A DNA stretch of 64,000 bases, taken from Nemertoderma westbladi (taxonomy: Eukaryota > Animalia > Xenacoelomorpha). Shown here one piece after another: positions 62,016 to 64,000 of this stretch. Under the pieces are notes generated by a model. It did not search any database, was not told the DNA's origin, and saw nothing but the letters and a program-made list of their open reading frames with translations. The DNA is taken from contig JAUCBJ010001340.1 of the NCBI GenBank assembly GCA_032718475.1, positions 1 to 64,000 of the forward strand. The letters are read 5' to 3'. The position numbers and the translations under genes are program-made. Positions within the stretch are counted from its first letter, which is position 1. Each line of letters opens with the position of its first letter.

Positions 62016-64000
62016 TAGGTCAGGTCAGGTATTCTAGGTCATTGATCAAGAAAACTTGCCACCTCCATGCAGCATAAAGGAGGTGCCACCTGTAGCTGCA
62101 TAGACCATCTTACTAGGGCAAATCTGGCCCTGTAACTAGGACCCCCTTCGTTCTGGGATAAGGACGCCCTTGGTCCTGGATTAAGGACCCATATACTTGG
62201 CTGCAGGGGTATATGGCCTGACCAGGCAGATGGTGATCTACCAATGGCTGGTCAGGAGTAGAGTGTTCTCATGTCCACTCTGAGAGCACTTCACTGCGAC
62301 CTGCACCTGGCAGCAAGGGTACAGGGCATGACCCAGCAGATGAGCTGCAACAGCCAATGGTGGGTCATGTGAGCCAGAGTAGATATGGGTGATGGGCCTC
62401 ATATCTGACTCCATTGCGACACCCACCCTGTGGAATGGCAAACCAGGGTGTGGTATTTGCCCCGAGAGCTGACTCGGCAAAAAAGCACCCCCCAACCCCC
62501 ACTATGGATTACATTAGCAATGCGGAGGTCCGGCCACTAGAGGCCAGTGGAATTACCGGACACAATCGGCCTCACAGGCGTCAGTTAACTCCTGACCGGC
62601 TGCCTGTCTCACCCCCTACTGGAGAGAGAGCAGCCAACAATTCTTTGAGTCCCTTTCCTGATGACCTTTCTGGCCCAAACCCTGGGTCACCAGGAAGGCC
62701 AGATTGTGATGGGGAGAGGGATTCTGGAGTTGGAGGCTATTCTCATGTTCCACCCCGACCAACAAAGCCATTGGTGAATCTGAGGCAAGTCACAAGACTA
62801 GCCTCAGTAAACACCCTAACACTCGGGTCCCCAATGCGACAAGGTGAGCTGACTGCCTTGGCAGATAAGCTTTCTCTTAGCGCAGTGGGTGTTCAAGAGC
62901 ACCGAATGCAGACTGGACAGACTGATGAGGTTCTGATTAAGGACATGGGGGGCGGTTGGCGACTCGCCCTCGCGTCAGCAGATGATAGTGGCAATGGTGG
63001 AATTGGTCTATTGATGAATCCAACTGCACATGCAGCATTGGACAAAATAGACCAAATCTCTAACCGCATCATCCGTTGCCACTTCTCATGTTCTGGAAGA
63101 CTGGCTAAGAAGTTTCCTAAGGTGGTTCTGATTGTGTGCTACTCTCCAACTAGTGTTGCCCCTGTAGAGGAGGTGGAAAATTTTTTACCACAATCTACAA
63201 GCAGCTACTGATGGAGTGGATCAGCATGCATTCTTAACATTCCTGGGAGACTTTAATGCAAGTCTGCATCAATCACCTACATCGCCCTGGGTCTATAGCA
63301 ATAGTGTTAACCGAAATTCTGTCCATCTTCAGGATTTTATCTCTGGAAATGGATTGTTTTCGGCTGGAACCCAGTTCAAGAAGCGAACTGGAAAGCTATG
63401 GACTCATAGTGGACCCAGTGGTCACAAGTCCCAGATAGACCATATTCTGTTTCGTAGGAAATACAGGAGCACTATACAAGACTGTAATGCATTTACACTT
63501 CGACCCTTCTCCAGTGATCACCGCCTTATTGTGGCCAAGGTAAGACTTAGTCTGCGTGCTAGCAGAACAACGAAATCTGCCTTGCCGCGGCATGACTGGT
63601 CCTCTCTGTTGCAACAGCCAAGTGTGAGATCCAGCTTCACACTACAGCTGAGCAACAGGTATGAGGCTCTTGCCTCTGAGGCGGCAGATCACTGTGAGGG
63701 CTATACTGCCTTTACAGAAGCAGTTAAGTTAGCAGCTGCGGTAACAGTTCCTGTATACCCTCGAAACAGGAAAAGGGCCCCCTGGACTGACAACAAAATT
63801 CAGAAGTGCCGAAATGACCTCCATAAGGCGCAGAAAGAGTCCCGACTCAAACAGACTACAGCGGCCAAGAATGCAGTTAAGGCTGCATCTAGGTCCCTGA
63901 ACAGGCAGTACTCTGCTAATCTACAGGAGCTAATAAACCAACAGGTTGATGCCATCAATGATGCTGACGACAGCAGGCAATCATCCCAGGCATGGAAATC
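62016..64000 (+). mobile_element. RTE-clade non-LTR retrotransposon, 5' part (continues past the window)
   Basis: A leader of about 490 bp precedes a single APE-type ORF with no separate ORF1. Motifs VGVQEHR, GGIGLL, NRII, YSPT, GDFNA, LWTH, QIDHIL, SDHRL, LSNRYEAL are typical of RTE elements. Confidence 0.85.
62504..64000 (+). CDS. RTE ORF, endonuclease domain, with a +1 frameshift in a T6 run at 63181-63186
   Basis: ATG at 62504 (MDYIS...). Removing one T gives ...EVENFYHNLQAATDGVDQHAFLTFLGDFNA, and the frame then stays open through the SDH motif and beyond. Confidence 0.8.

Noticed and set aside
16164-62077. Hundreds of repetitive ORFs (GMGSLYGRDC, EWGVYMAEIV, WNGEFIWQRL, LPYKLPIPQS, HNLCHINSPF; up to 1013 aa)
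   Set aside because: The 30-bp unit happens to lack stops in five of six frames. Frequent 31/34/35-bp units shift frame freely, variants show no synonymous bias, and there are no unique flanking domains.
62336-62358. Hammerhead-like CAGAUGA-stem-CAAU
   Set aside because: The invariant CUGANGA and GAAA core nucleotides are not matched and no third stem with a cleavage triplet is evident.
62429-62438. TGTGGAATGG in the RTE leader, identical to the satellite core
   Set aside because: A 10-bp match is plausible by chance and the flanks do not align, so it does not show the satellite derives from the RTE.

Overview
Animal (most likely invertebrate) genomic DNA. Left 16 kb, all on the minus strand: three 5' exons of an intron-poor SPAG16/PF20 axonemal WD40 gene with an RFX X-box upstream, then a PRDM9-like gene (SSXRD-like motif, zinc knuckle, PR/SET with the three catalytic tyrosines, minisatellite-like 84-bp C2H2 array varying mainly at DNA-contact residues). 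A full-length CR1/L2(Crack-like) LINE of about 4.95 kb has inserted in sense orientation into the last TGDKP linker of that array (5-bp TSD AGATA), cutting off the terminal finger. The LINE's ORF1 and ORF2 are in the same frame and are separated only by TGA-CTA, a known stop-readthrough context. 16.2-62.0 kb is a single ~46-kb G-rich 30-bp satellite (about 1,500 units) with nested kb-scale duplications and variant units shared by both ends. An RTE-clade LINE starts at the satellite's right edge; its 5' leader is densely structured (pseudoknot, about 10 hairpins, and a duplicated internal-loop motif with compensatory changes). Several small non-autonomous DNA elements lie in the intergenic DNA. 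The hundreds of ORFs inside the satellite are judged non-coding. All family assignments come from motif recognition by eye; no database search was run.
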